A stretch of 64,000 nucleotides of DNA from Somniosus microcephalus. Its lineage: Eukaryota. The translations under genes and the position numbers were made by a program. Where the stretch lies: NCBI GenBank assembly GCA_052327205.1, contig CM126215.1:62496001-62560000 (forward strand), in the 5' to 3' direction. The notes below the pieces were generated by a model. That model had not been told where the DNA came from. It saw only the letters and a list, made by a program, of their open reading frames with translations, and did not search any database. Position 1 is the stretch's first letter. The number at the start of each line of letters is the position of its first letter. Below are positions 1 through 12,680 of this stretch, piece after piece.

Positions 1-214
1 AACTAGCACTTGAAAACAATTTTGTTGTGTATTTCTAATTTGATGATGTTTGATGAGCCAACTGGACAGAGAGTAGTGTTTCCTTTCAATGGGATTGTAG
101 TCAGTTTCCATTTGATTGGACCTGAGAATAAGCACCTTTTAATGTAGAAAAATGTCCCACGGTGCTTCAGAGGTGTAAGGAAAAACAGGAGGCTAGAGTT
201 AGAGGAATGGAACG

Positions 215-975
215 CAAGCCTGTTTATGTCTTCCTGTACATTGGTTAGGTTTTCCATATTATTAGCTATACCTCCCAATTTGGTATGATCTGCAAATTCT
301 AACACCATACCTCCAATCCTGAATCCAAATCATTTATGTATATGATAAACAACAGTGATCCCAGCTTGGATTGCTCCAGAAAACCACTTCCTGTCAGTCC
401 GAGAAACTTCCCTTAACTTCTACCTTCTGTTTTCGGTTTTGTAGCCATCTTTCAATCCATTCTGCTACCTAACCCCTGACCTTTGTCATGAATCTCTCAT
501 GTGGCACCTTATCGAAGGCCTTCTTCATTGAAGGTCCATGTATATCCCATCACTGCATTGCCAATGTCAACTGTACCTGTTATTTCTTTAAAGAATTCAA
601 TAAGGTTGGATAAACATGATCTCCATTTTAGAAATCCATGCTGACTATTTTTAATTATATTCTATATTTCCTAGATGTTTTGTTATCTCATTCTTTTATC
701 TTTCCTCCCACTGATGTTTAGCTAACTGGTTTCTAGGTCCCTGAAACGTTAACTCTGTTTCTCTCTGCACAGGTGCTGCCTGACCTGCTGAGTATTTCCA
801 GCATTTTCTGTTTTTATTTCTAGTTCCCTGGGTTAGTTCTATCTCCCTTTTTGAAGACTGGAATTACATTTGCTGTTTGCCAGTCCTCTGGCACTATTCG
901 TTTTTCTATTGAATTGGTTGGGAATACACCATATAAAGAATAACTACAGCAAACCCAAGTTGACCACTCCAATAC
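215..975 (-). mobile_element. Degraded CR1 LINE ORF2 (RT) fragment
   Basis: Peptides VPEDWQTANVIPVFKKGDR, KAFDKVPHER and FADHTKLGG, with many indels. Confidence 0.8.
744..816 (+). mobile_element. Very short PLE-derived terminal-repeat insert within the CR1
   Basis: Matches the 58859-58995 element (gaaacgttaactctgtttctctct...gctgcctgacctgctgag...ttccagcattttctgtttttatt). Flanked by a 14-bp direct repeat tttctag(g/t)tccctg at 730-743 and 817-830. Confidence 0.7.
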
Positions 976-1762
976 CAGCCCAATCCAATGCTGGCAGCAC
1001 AAAGCATGTCACAAGGTACCACAGTCTGTCTGCCTTTTTCATATAGTCTCCATTCTTGTTTAATTCTGTTCTTTGAATCCTCGGTATGTTACTTTCATCA
1101 TTATCACTATTTTACTTTCAACATTATCTCTTTGCAATAGTTTCCAATATTCATAAAGAGAAATAAATGTTTCTTCAATCAAATATCAATGTTCAAACAC
1201 CTCAGCATGAAATTTAATTAACATGAAATACGTAAACTCATTGGTAATAGTTAAATGGCTAAAATATACATATTTATTAAATGTGAAAAAGGCCTGGCTT
1301 CTATTCAGAAATGTCATTGCCAAAAATTCACAAAATGAAATATTGCTTGCATTTAACAGTTTACTAACTACCTGCATAAAAATGTATTATTTTCAAATTT
1401 GTTTGAGACATTTTTTTTTTTATTTCCTTCTGACTTCTTTCCATTTACATGCAAACATTTTTACATTATTCAGAATCATGGAACTAGTCACCAAAGAGAA
1501 GAATTGCAAATTAAAATACAGATCAAATTTTACTAAAATGTTAGTGGTTTGAATAAAATTCATAACTCTGAGCAGAAATAACAGTCCTCTATTATACTGT
1601 CCTTGCTGTGAAAAAAGAATAAATTCCACTGGAAAATTGCTATTTTTCTCAACAACTATGCAGATTTGTCCTTCTCCATCCTCTAGCATCACTGTTAAAT
1701 ATGATTCTAGTGGGCTGATTTAAAAAAGATAAAAGGTGAATCCTGATCTTAGAAAATATATT

Positions 1763-2593
1763 GGCCCAAAAGTTGCGGTCGGCGGCGTAGCTATGGAGTA
1801 CGCCGCCAACCTGCGAAAAAAATACCACTTACCCGATGGGGGCCCTCCTTCGTGAACTTGCTCTCTGCCGCTGCGTACTCAAGGGCAGTACAATGGCCCA
1901 TGGATCTCAGGGGCGCAGCATGTGCGGAAGCAAATCTGGGATCACGTGGGCCTGGTGCGCCAATCAGTACATCGAAGGGAAAGTGTCGACCTCCAATACT
2001 GGTAACTCCCTTTATATTGCATTTCACCCGATGTATTTTCAGAATAATTGTAAGGACTAGGAGACTAAATACTTCCAAAATGACCCTCTCTCTCACTGAC
2101 CCACCTAAAAAAACACTTTGGGAATTAATTCTTAAATCTAATTTAGGAATTAGAGTTCTGATAAATCGTTGAAGCTCTGTGGAATTTCATATAAAATAAC
2201 ATGGACAGATGATACAAACATAAATACAACAGAGCCCAAACAAAGATCTGAAAAATCTGTACATTAATCATTGGTGGTGTTTCGGACAGTTTTACAATTC
2301 ATTCTGGAGCTAATGGAATGGGTAATTGTCTCTATCTAATCCCTTTACAAGCCCTGCGCCTGTTTGCATCAACCGTAACATTTTCGGATGTAATTGCTGG
2401 GTAGTTGGCGCTAGCAATTGGGATTTCCAATGTGGTGCGGATCATCTGTCAAGGCGTACCTTGACAGATCGCAGGTTTGAGATTTAGCATGCGCAAGAGC
2501 ATGCGGAAATCCCGAACTTGCGGTCAATTTCAAAGGCGGTATGACGCCTTACTCTCAGTGTACGCTGTCAGACCCACTGCAAAAATCTGCCCC
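1763..2593. mobile_element. Non-autonomous DNA transposon (Harbinger-like MITE)
   Basis: Imperfect TIRs GGCCCAAAAGTTGC / GCAAAAATCTGCCCC, ATT on both flanks, CpG-rich ends. Confidence 0.55.
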
Positions 2594-2894
2594 ATTAATT
2601 AAATATTAAGAGATTGAAATTTAGCTGTGTGACTTTTGTAACATGTTGGTTAACACATTCACCTGAAATTCCCGTGTTTGCTATTTTAACAAAGTTATTA
2701 ATCTGTTAACCTTAAGAATAGATGAACAGAGAAATTTTACAGAAACACGTTAACCAACATACTACATCACATAGCAGAATTTCAGCACCTCAGTTGCATA
2801 TTTCACCATTATGTTAATGATAAAGTATCAACATTTAATTTTATAAGTAAGTTTTCATTCTTTCAAGGCACCTTTAACTATATATTACTGATGT

Positions 2895-3283
2895 AGAATC
2901 ATAGCATCATTACAGCACAGTAGGGGGCCATTCGACCCATCGAGCTCGTGCCTGCCCTCTGCAAGAGCACTTCAGCTAGTCCCACTCCCCCGCCCTTTCT
3001 CCGTAGCCCTGCAATTTGTTTTCCTTCAGGTACTTATCCAATTCCCTTTTGAGAGCCACGCTTGCATCTGCCTCTTCCACCCTTTCAGGCAGTGCATTCC
3101 AGATCCTAACCACTCACTGCGTAAAAAGGTTTTTCTTCATGTCACCCTTGGATCTTCTGCCAATCACCTTAAATCTGTGTCCTCTAATTCTCGACTCTTC
3201 CGCCAATGGGAACATTTTCTCTCTATCTACTCTGTCTAGACCCCTCATGATTTTGAACACCTCTATCAAATCTCCTCTCAATG
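2895..3283 (-). mobile_element. CR1 LINE 3' end
   Basis: RT C-terminal-type sequence (gttggtgtttttacgcagtgagtggttaggatctggaatgcactgcctg on the minus strand region) and the CR1 3' UTR motif ggccattcgacccatcgag. Confidence 0.75.
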
Positions 3284-5395
3284 TAAAGCCAAAAGCAAAA
3301 GGTTCAACATAATGTCACCAGATTTATCAGAGATAAATAAATAAAATCATATCCAGAATACAAATACACTCAATTTTCAAACAACCTATATTACTGAACT
3401 GTTGTCAACAATGATATTTGTTTTATTGGGCCATAGTGCTACAAAATGTACAGACCTGTGCACACCTTGTAAAGCTATGTCCATTTTTAGTGTTCTATTT
3501 CAACCAATATACATTTGCAGAATATTGTGCTGAAGTTTGCAACCAAAATTTGAGTTCATATGGCTGCACGCTGATTAAGAAGCATTTAGACGTTTGTGGT
3601 TCATTGTAGTTTGCACTCAAATTGGGGACTTATTAACAGATCATTTAATGCCTGTTAAATTTTTAATATACTCTAAACTCCATCCAAGCCATGAATGTGA
3701 TTTATAACAGTTTGAAAATCCAGCTATATGGCCCAAAGTCTGTTACAAATATTACTTCTTGTGGATTAAGAGGTTGCTGTCTGGTAGGTTGAGACCCTTG
3801 CTTCCTGGTTTACAAGACTGGCCTACTTCGATGTAATGATGAGAACACATGTGATGTCTTCAAAGAACACACATTATCTCACATGGGACTATTAAGAACA
3901 GCTAAGTTTAAAAAGCTAGAGAAAAAAAAAGTAAGGTCCTGGCAAGTAACACTCATACATCAAAACACTGGCTTTGCAGCTCAAGTGTCAATCTACTTGT
4001 GATTAATTGGCCTTTATATGTTTAAGGGATTTTTGAACAAACTTCATGGCCAGAATAAATACATTTCACAGTTTATTCAGGGACATATCTTATTGTAACT
4101 GTACAGTATTAAAACCATCTTGAGTGGTAGTTGTGGCCTTCTAAGAGGCCAGATGTTGGTTCTGGCTGCAACCTAATGTGAAACTGGATTTTAGCTGAAG
4201 AATTGCTGCATACTTCTTTTGCTGTTTATTGCTGATTATAGTGGTGCTTTTCCATTAATTTTACAACCATCATTTGAAAGATTAATTTTGTGAGGCCTTT
4301 CCGATTACTCAGAGTGCGTACAACCCAAAGTGGCTGTGAAAAAAATGTACAGCTTTATTAATAAATAACAACCTTAAAACCTTAACAATGCTTCAGAGAA
4401 ATTGTCTCGTGTATAATGCTGTTATATAAAATATTAAAACACAAGTACCTATGGCTCAGCGACAGCTGGTAACGACAGCCATTACAAAACAGGTGGTCAA
4501 TTATCTATCCTCAACTGAGAAAGCCAGCTGGACAGGATCAGTTATAAAAATCACCCCTGATTGCACTGTTCGCCCATGTAGCAAACTGCTTAAATGTTAC
4601 TTTACTGAGTATGCCAATGTTACAATTTTTCAAATTAAGCTCCATTTTAAGAAAAACGTACAATACACTACAAAGTCTCACCACTGCCCTCCTTCCCTGC
4701 TCATACTTTAAAATAAATAATTAATTGCCATGTATGTGCAAGTGTACCACACATCTCTGTGTAACAGCTGGCAGAATATGTTTTTGCCTTGGCAGACATT
4801 TATAGTCTCAGCCTGCAACTAGTTGGATACTGGCCTCAGATCAGTATGTATCACAACCTTCTGCCAGAGATGCCCCTTTTAGAACTGTCTGTTTCCTTAA
4901 TTCAAGTGGGCTTTCTGAATAAAGTGGACTTTTATGGAATTTCTCAAAAACAATGTTTAGTAAGGTAGGTTGCAAGAGCTTTTTAAAAATAAAATGCACA
5001 CTAAAAATGAGATGATCCCACTGATTGTATCTAACTCCAGAAGGAAATAGATATAAGCCTCAGTAATTTGCCAGTTTTAGTATCAATAAATACGAAAGTG
5101 GTTTTTGATTTTAATGAACCCAAATTACATGAAGAATACCTAATGGTCAGGGTGAATTACAAATGTCTATTTCCCTCATTGGATTTGCTCCACTGTATTC
5201 ACACAAGTACATACACAAGACCCAAACTAGTTAGAGACTCCACACTGAGGCTGATAAATCAACCTTGTTACATGTGTAATGCGGTCTATACACGTTTTCC
5301 ATGCTTCAGCTGGTGGAGTGGAGCTGACATTGTGTTGGGGGGCTTCCTAAGAAAACAAGGTGTGGAGATGCCGGAGTTGGACTGGGGTGGACAAA

Positions 5396-5554
5396 TGTAA
5401 GTCGTCACACAACACCAGGCTATAGTCCAACAGTTTTATTTGAAATCACAAGCTTTCGGAGCGCTGCTCCTTCGACGAAGGAGCAGCGCTCCGAAAGCTT
5501 GTGATTTCAAATAAAACTGTTGGACTATAACCTGGTGTTGTGTGACGACTTACA
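5396..5554. repeat. 159-bp near-perfect palindrome made of two inverted PLE-like terminal repeats
   Basis: Two 79-bp arms around a single A (5475) with one mismatch. The right arm starts GACGAAGGAGCAGCGCTCCGAAAGCTT, a hammerhead-like core. Part of the same unit recurs at about 28589-28645. Confidence 0.9.
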
Positions 5555-6759
5555 ATAATAATAATAATAATAAACTTTATTGTCATTGTTAGTGCACAAG
5601 TGCAGTACAATGAAATGTAGGCTTGCGGCTCCTGAGAGTGTACATTTAGATTAAGACATTTAAACATTCAACATTCATTTGGCTTGTAATACATTAACAT
5701 AAACATAACCATAATAAAGTGCATTGGCAGATGTGCAGGCTTTAGAGTTTATTTGTGGAGTTCAGTAGGAGACAAGAAAACAAGATCAGAGTTTATAATG
5801 AATAGCAAAGGCCATGTGAAATAAAAACATCGCAATGGGTAATGTCAGAGATGACAACTTACAGGAGATTTGCACATTCTCATAGGAGGATGTCCAGACC
5901 AGTACAATCTTCTAAAGTACAAGGGGTTACAGTAATTAGTAAATTGCAAGTTATCATAAGTGGTTCACGGACCACTTTTAAGACGTAATTTTGTGTTCAA
6001 ACAATCCAGTTGTCTTGATCGTAACATACCAACGCTTGTCTCTTACCTGATTTTGCATTGTTTTTAACTTGTCTTGGGGATCTTGCGAAAACACTTTGAA
6101 CTGTGTCAAATGGCAGCTGTAACATTTCAAACCTAATCTGTTCTATTTTGTACAGAAAAAGCAACAGGTGCAGAACTGGGAATCCCTACTTGAAGCCAAT
6201 AGTGTTGCTACAGTTACATGGGAGTTTATATACATACACATACATACCTCTCACTCACGCTATATATATATTCACAGCACCACTGGCTGACTCAAAATAT
6301 CAGGTTATAATAAGGCTGTTCAGTGGCTATCTTTACCATATTAAAGTGCTGACCATTCATTCCGAATGCTATCTGATTTGAACAGAAAATGTATAATGAT
6401 TATTCAATGATGAATGGTCAACAGTTTTTGTATTTGAATTTATCATTTCTTTAGTTGTAATGATTGGCTTCTTGAAACAAAATTTATTATTGATGAAAAT
6501 GTAACAGTATTACCAACAAAAAAATTATAATTTTGAGCATGTTTCTATATTGGCAGTCTGGAAAGTCATCTAAAATTGCTGTGTCATTTATAATTTTAAT
6601 GTTAATAGAAGTAAAATAAAATAAAAGACCAGTATTTCTACACTTTTGTTATACAAAGAGCTTCTAGATCTGCACTTAACTCTTCCACATCATTCTTACC
6701 GATGTTAGAAAAAAAGTGTGTGTCTTAAGGTTTTTTTTTAATTGTTTTACATTTCTTAC

Positions 6760-7354
6760 CTGTTTTCTCTGGTGCTGTGCTACTAGCAGCTGTCTCAGTT
6801 TGGGCCTTTGTTGCTGCTTCACTGGCCTCAGCAGCAGGTACCTCTACTTGTTTCTTCTCCTTTGCCTGGCTGGAGGTGACATTTGAAGATGGAGTGCTTT
6901 CAGTGGCAGTACTTGCGCCGCTTCCTGTTTCCTTGACATCCTTTTCACCATTCGCAGACTTTTCATCTGTCGCAGCTGGCGTTGCTTTCTCTAAGTTTTC
7001 CGTGGGAGCCTCCTTTGCCTCTGATGCCTTCTCAGCATCCGAGGAGGGAGCTTCAGGATTGCTTGCTGCTTTTTCTGCCTCTTCTGTTTTCCCTTCCGAA
7101 CCAGATGCAGCTGGTTCTGTTGCTGTTGCCTCTTGCTCCTTGGTAGCCTCTGTTTTTTTAGCATCTTCTTTTTTCTCTGCACCTTCTGCCTTCGTTGCCA
7201 CGGCTGACTCTCCTTTCTTCTCCCCCTTAAGCTTTTTCCGTGTTATATGGCCACGGAAGCTAGCCTGGATTTTGGTGGCGGCCTTGTGAGCCTTGTCTTC
7301 AGGTTTGGTAGTCTCTTGCTCAGCTTTCGCATTAGCCTCATCATTCTTCTCAAC
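6760..7354 (-). CDS. GAP43: Growth-associated protein 43 (neuromodulin), exon 2
   Basis: Minus strand reads ttctag|GTT GAG AAG AAT..., translating [47 protein letters not shown] then an Ala/Glu/Lys/Ser/Thr-rich tail. It contains the GAP43 IQ calmodulin-binding motif with the PKC-site Ser. The exon ends at ACAG|gtaaga (donor 6759-6758), is 595 nt, phase 0 in and phase 1 out, and has no stops. Confidence 0.96.
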
Positions 7355-8941
7355 CTAGAATCAAAGTCACAGGGAAACATAGTCGTGAAGTCAAATACAG
7401 AAACATTCTGGAGGTCACTAGTGTTATATTCCCCTACCATTTTCCCCGACATGCATTCTGTGCTTCGGGTTTTGTATATCTGTGCTTTCGAGCCACTATT
7501 TATCCTATTTTGCAATCCCATCAAGGTGGTTTAACTTACTAGCAATTACTGTTAATAGGGAAATAGAAGCATTATCAACTAGGATGCCAGACAAAAGAGG
7601 TTGCAGATATACTGCCATTTTCGCAATGCAATGTCATTTTCGGTGTGCATCAATGCAAGTGTGGCAGTATAAATTAGGAGACTGCCTAATGCACTAAAGC
7701 CAGGAGGTGCCAGACTTGCTACAAGAGATGTGTTTACACTAGCCTGTGTTTGCATCACGCTCAGTATAAATCTAGTCATAAAGTTATAGATGGATCCCTT
7801 TGAGTCTTATTTATGATAAGCTGAGAAAAGGCACCCCTAATATAAAATACAATGAACCACCAGCTTTTCCCCTGTTGTTAGATGCTTCCCTTTTCTAAGT
7901 GCCTTGCTTAGCAAGCAAGCAGAGAACTGAGTGGGTGGAACATCCCTGTGCCTGAAGACGAAGGCCCAAGGATTGCAACAAATTGGTCCTTGGTCCTCAT
8001 CTAAATCATGACGAGCTTCTGGCACCAGTCACACCTCCAGGGGCAGCTTACTGCACTGAACAATTCAATTTCGGGTCCACCTGCCTCTCTGGCAGCGACC
8101 CTCGGCCAAGTCCTGCAAGGAGAGGTTTGGGGGGGAGGAGAGAGAGAACAGCAGGAGGAGGGCCAATCATAGCCGGCAGCAGCCGTTAGGAGTATTGTGG
8201 AGCCAGGAGGAGCACTTCTGCTCATTTTGGTTTCACATCAATTTATTTTTAAAAATTAAAAATACTTACCCTTTTGGTGACAGCCACTGTCTAGACTGCA
8301 TCCCTGTCCAGAAAAACTTAGAGGAGCAAGCCCGAAGCCTGCTCCACTCAGCGCAACCCAATTTAGCAGAGAGGTCCCAATACAGACAGTAGGCCCCCAA
8401 TTAGCATATACAAGCGGTCTAATGCCTGTTCTAAGCGGCTGCTCCTGAAAAATGGACCGACCCAATTTCATTCCAAGGTGTCCTTGGAACGCAGGACACT
8501 CGACATTGAAATTGGGCCTTGCTGCGCTTGTTTTACACCCGTTAATTTTTACTCCATACCTTGTATAGTGTCAAATTCTCTAGAGAGTATCACACCACTA
8601 CTCTCATAATAGAGATTGGAACCTGATACTAAAGTTCCAGCGTAAATGCACCCTTAATGTATCAGATGACATTGTCAGCTTTGAACTCACATCTACTGAG
8701 GACAGAACTAAGAATCAATGTATAAGATCTTTATTATCACTCATCAGATTATATAATTTTAAAGCTTTTTTCTGGTCTAAATTAAAATTTCCATTTTCCG
8801 CAGAGTACGTGGAAGTGATTGTCACAGACTTGAGCCTTATTTATGCTTATTTAATGTAACATCATTTATTTATGTTATGCTACAATCCTAATACTGGAAT
8901 CACTCTACTTTACAGGCACAGTTGTCCTCATTAAAAATATT

Positions 8942-9700
8942 GAGGCAGAAATTCCGATCCCTATGGGTGGGTATGCGCTGTGTACTCACCCGTAGGGACA
9001 TCGGAAATGCCGGTTTCAGGCATGCACTGCGCATGCACTGGAAACCGGCATTTCCGATCTGTCAAGAAAGCTCTTGACAGATCCTCTGGCTGCCCTGGAG
9101 AAGAGCCTCTGCGGGCGGAGAATTCCGTTTTTTGGAGATACCTCCGCCTGCAGAAAACACTTACAATTCTTGTGCCTGGTAAAAGCAGGCGCAAGGCCTG
9201 CTTTTACCAGGATAAGAGTTGAAGAAAGTAAAAAAAAAAAGTTTTTCCACTGATTTATCATTTTAAAATACTTTAAAGAAAGGTAAGTTTATTTTTAGCC
9301 CTGTTAAAAACTTTAATTATTTTTTTCAAAAAATTTAAATTTTTGTTTAAAATAGTTAATTTATGTAATTTAAAGTCATTTTAAAAATGTGATTTTTTAA
9401 AATTTATTTGAAGTTTTACTTATGTTTTGGGGGTGATCTCTATTCATATATTTGACAGGTCTTCCTGTCAAATCTATGAATGGAGATTCCCTGCTCTGAT
9501 TGGCTCTCTATGGCCCACGTGATCCCAGGGACACTGCAAACTAGCTGCGCCCCTGGGATACGTGCGCCCTACACACCGGCAGTTTGAAGAGGCACAGCAA
9601 CGGAACTCTGCACCTCCCGGGAGCCCTCCGGTCCAGGTGGAGATTTTTCCAATTCGCAGCCCTCCGCCCGCGGGAGGGCTGTGAATGGAATTTCTGGGTC
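8942..9700. mobile_element. Harbinger-like MITE, family A copy 1
   Basis: Colinear with 17497-18202 and 19161-19844 (tccgatccctatgggtgggt...gaaaccggcatttccgatctgtcaaga...aaaagcaggcgcaaggcctgctttt), with degenerate TIRs. Confidence 0.75.
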
Positions 9701-9879
9701 AGTGTGTAGATGCAAAAGAGCCCAGTGTTTATATTCACTTTCAGGTGTATTAGTCAAACAACAATGGATGGTACTCCATATTACTGATGTCAACAGTTTA
9801 GCATTCCACTGAGATTAAAAAGGCTGTTGGGATTTCAATCTTCAATATCAGTCTCGTAACTTTTTACCATTAATATATG

Positions 9880-12680
9880 GAGAGGCCAAGAGCAGTGTGG
9901 TAGAAAAGGGCGAAGCCAAGAGTGCAGCACTAGATAAGGTGAGTCCGACAGCGGAGTACTAGAAAAATATACCTGTAACTTAAACTAGATCAAGTAATTA
10001 GTTTAAAAAAACTAAAAATATAAGCTAAGTTGATTAAATAAATATAAGCTGTAATTAAATAAATAAAACCAGGTTTTATATGGATGGCAGTGCAGGAGGT
10101 GCCCTGCAACATGAGAGTTTGTGGAGAGCATCGCGATCCTGGACAACCATATCTGCAGTAAGTGTCTGCATCTTGAGGAACTTCAGCTCAGGTTTGTTGA
10201 GCTGGAGTGGTTCATACATTGTGGGGCATCAGGGAGGGGGAGAGTTACCTGGACACTTTGATCCAGGAGGCAGTCACACCCCTTAGATTAGGTAATGGTA
10301 CAGATCTGGTTACTGGTCAGGGACAAGAGGGTGTGATTGTGACTCAGGCAGGTAAGGGGACACGAGGTGCAGTGCTGGAGGAGTCTTGGCCTTTGCCCTT
10401 AACCAACAGGTATGAGGTTCTTGCTGCCTGTGTGGATGAGGGCAAAGTCTGCAGGGTGGATGAGCAAGCTGACCCCAGCACCACGTGGTACAAGAGGCCA
10501 TTCAAGTGGGGAGAGTGAAAAGGAATGTGGTAGTGGTAGGGGACGGTATAGTCAGGGGGATATAGATACTGTCCTCTGCAGCCGCGACCGTGAGTTCTGA
10601 AGGTTGTGTTGCCTGCCCGGTGCCAGGGTTAAGGACATCTCCTCATGGCTAAGGACATCTCATGGCTGGAGAAGAACTTGGAGTGGGAAGGGGAGGATCC
10701 AGTTGTTGTGGACATAGGTAGAACTAGGAATGATATTTCGCTGAGGGAGTTTGAGGAGCCAGGGTCCAAATTAATAAGCAGAACCTCAAAAGGTAATAAT
10801 CTCTAGATTACTACCCGAGTCACACATAAATTGGCAAAGGGTCAAACAGATCAGAGAGTTGAATGCATGGCTCAAAGAGTGGTGTGGGAGACAGCGGTTT
10901 TGATTCATAGAGCACTGACACCAGTACTGTGGAAAGAGGGAGCTGTTCCATTGGGACGGGCTCCACTTAAATCGGGCTGGGACCAGTGTCCTGGTTAATT
11001 GAATATCTAGGGCTATAGTTAGGGCTTTAAACTAAAAAGGGGAGGAAGAAGGTTCAGGTGAGAGAAAAATCTAAAGAGAAAAGTCAAGGCCACAGAGCAG
11101 TGTAACAAGTTTTTGGTAAAGATAAGCAGAGTGTGACAGGAAGGGACAGAGAGTTTAACAGTAATAGTGCATCAGCGAATAAGGTGAAAGCAGGAAATAA
11201 TGGTAAAAAGTTAAAATTACAAGCGCTTTATCTGAATGCACAAAGAATTTGTAACAAGATAGACAAATTATGACACAAATAGTGATAAATGGGTTTGATC
11301 TAATAGCCATTACAGAGATTTGGTTGCATGGTGAGCAAGGCTGGGAACTAAATATTCCTGGGTGCTTGACATTTCAAAAAGAAAGACAAAATGGAAAAGG
11401 AGAGGGGGTAGCCCTGATAATTAGAGGAGCATGTAACAAAGGTAATGCAATAATCGTGGGGGACTTTAATCTTCATATAGACTGGATAAATCAAAGTGGC
11501 TAAAGTAGTTTGGAGGATGAGTTTATGGAATGCATTTGAGACAGTTTCCTAGAACAGTACATTGTAGAACCAACCAGGAAAGAGACTGTTTAAGATCCTA
11601 TCTTGTGCAATGAAACAGGGTTAATTAGTAATCTCATAGTAAGGGATTCTCTTGGGAAGAGTGATCATAATATAATAGAATTTCACATTGAGTTCAAGAG
11701 TGATGTACTTAAGTCCAAAACTAGAGTATTAAACTTAAATAAAGCCAATTACTGAGGTATGAGGGGCAAGTGGTTAAGGTAGATTGGGAAATTAGATTAA
11801 AAGGTATGATGCTAGATTTAGAATGGCGAACATTCAAAAATATTTCATAATTATCAACAAATACACATTCCATTAAGAAATAAAAACTCCATGGGAAAAG
11901 TGATAAAGTGATCCATCTGAGGCTAACTAAAGAGGTAAAGAATAGTTTTTGATTAAAAGAGGCTTATAATGTTGCCAAGATGTGTAGTAAGCCTGAGGAT
12001 TGGGAGAGCTTTAGAAACCAGCAAAGGATGCCCAAAAATTGATAATGAAAGTAGAATATGTGAGTAAACTAGCAAAAATATAAAACAGATTGCAAGAGCT
12101 TCTACAAGTATGTAAAAAGGAAGATAGTAGTGATGTGTCCCTTAGAGACTGAGGCAGGAGAAATTATAATGGGGAATAAGGATGTTAAACAAATATTTTG
12201 TATCTGTCTTCGAGGTAGAAGATACAAAAAACATACCAGAAATAGTGGGGAACCAAATGGCTAATGAGAGTGAGGACTTAAGTAATTAATATTAGTGCTG
12301 GAGAAATTAATGAGACTAAAAGTCAACAAATCCCACATCCTAGGGTTCTAAAAGAGGTGGCTGCAGAGATACTGGTTGCATTGGTTGTGATCTTCCAAAA
12401 CTTCCTAGATTCTGGAAAGGTCCCAGCGGATTGGAAGGTAACAAATGTAACACTGCTATTCAAGAAATGAGGGAGGGAGAAAACAGAGAACTACAGGCCA
12501 GTTAGCCTGACATCAGTCATTGGGAAAATGCTGAAATCCATTGAAAGGGAAACAGTGTTTGATCAATCTATTAGAGATTTTTGAGGATGCAACTAACCAG
12601 GTAGATAAAGTGGAACCAATGGATGTAGTATATTTGGATTTTCAAAAGGCATTTGATAAGGTGCCACACGAAAGGCTGTT
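9880..12680 (+). mobile_element. Degraded CR1 LINE: ORF1 remnant, APE endonuclease and partial RT
   Basis: ORF1-type LTNRYEVL and CCLPGARV, endonuclease DLIAITEIW and IIVGDFN, RT MDVVYLDFQKAFDKVPH. Many stops and deletions. Confidence 0.85.

Noticed and set aside
2781-2801. TTCAGCACC as a REST/NRSF site
   Set aside because: Only the left half is present, with no GGACAG right half.
6725-7201. 158-aa ORF as a standalone gene
   Set aside because: It is the internal part of GAP43 exon 2 read past the splice donor, and its start is a GTG codon.
6777-7289. 170-aa plus-strand ORF
   Set aside because: Antisense shadow of the Ala/Glu/Lys-rich GAP43 exon.
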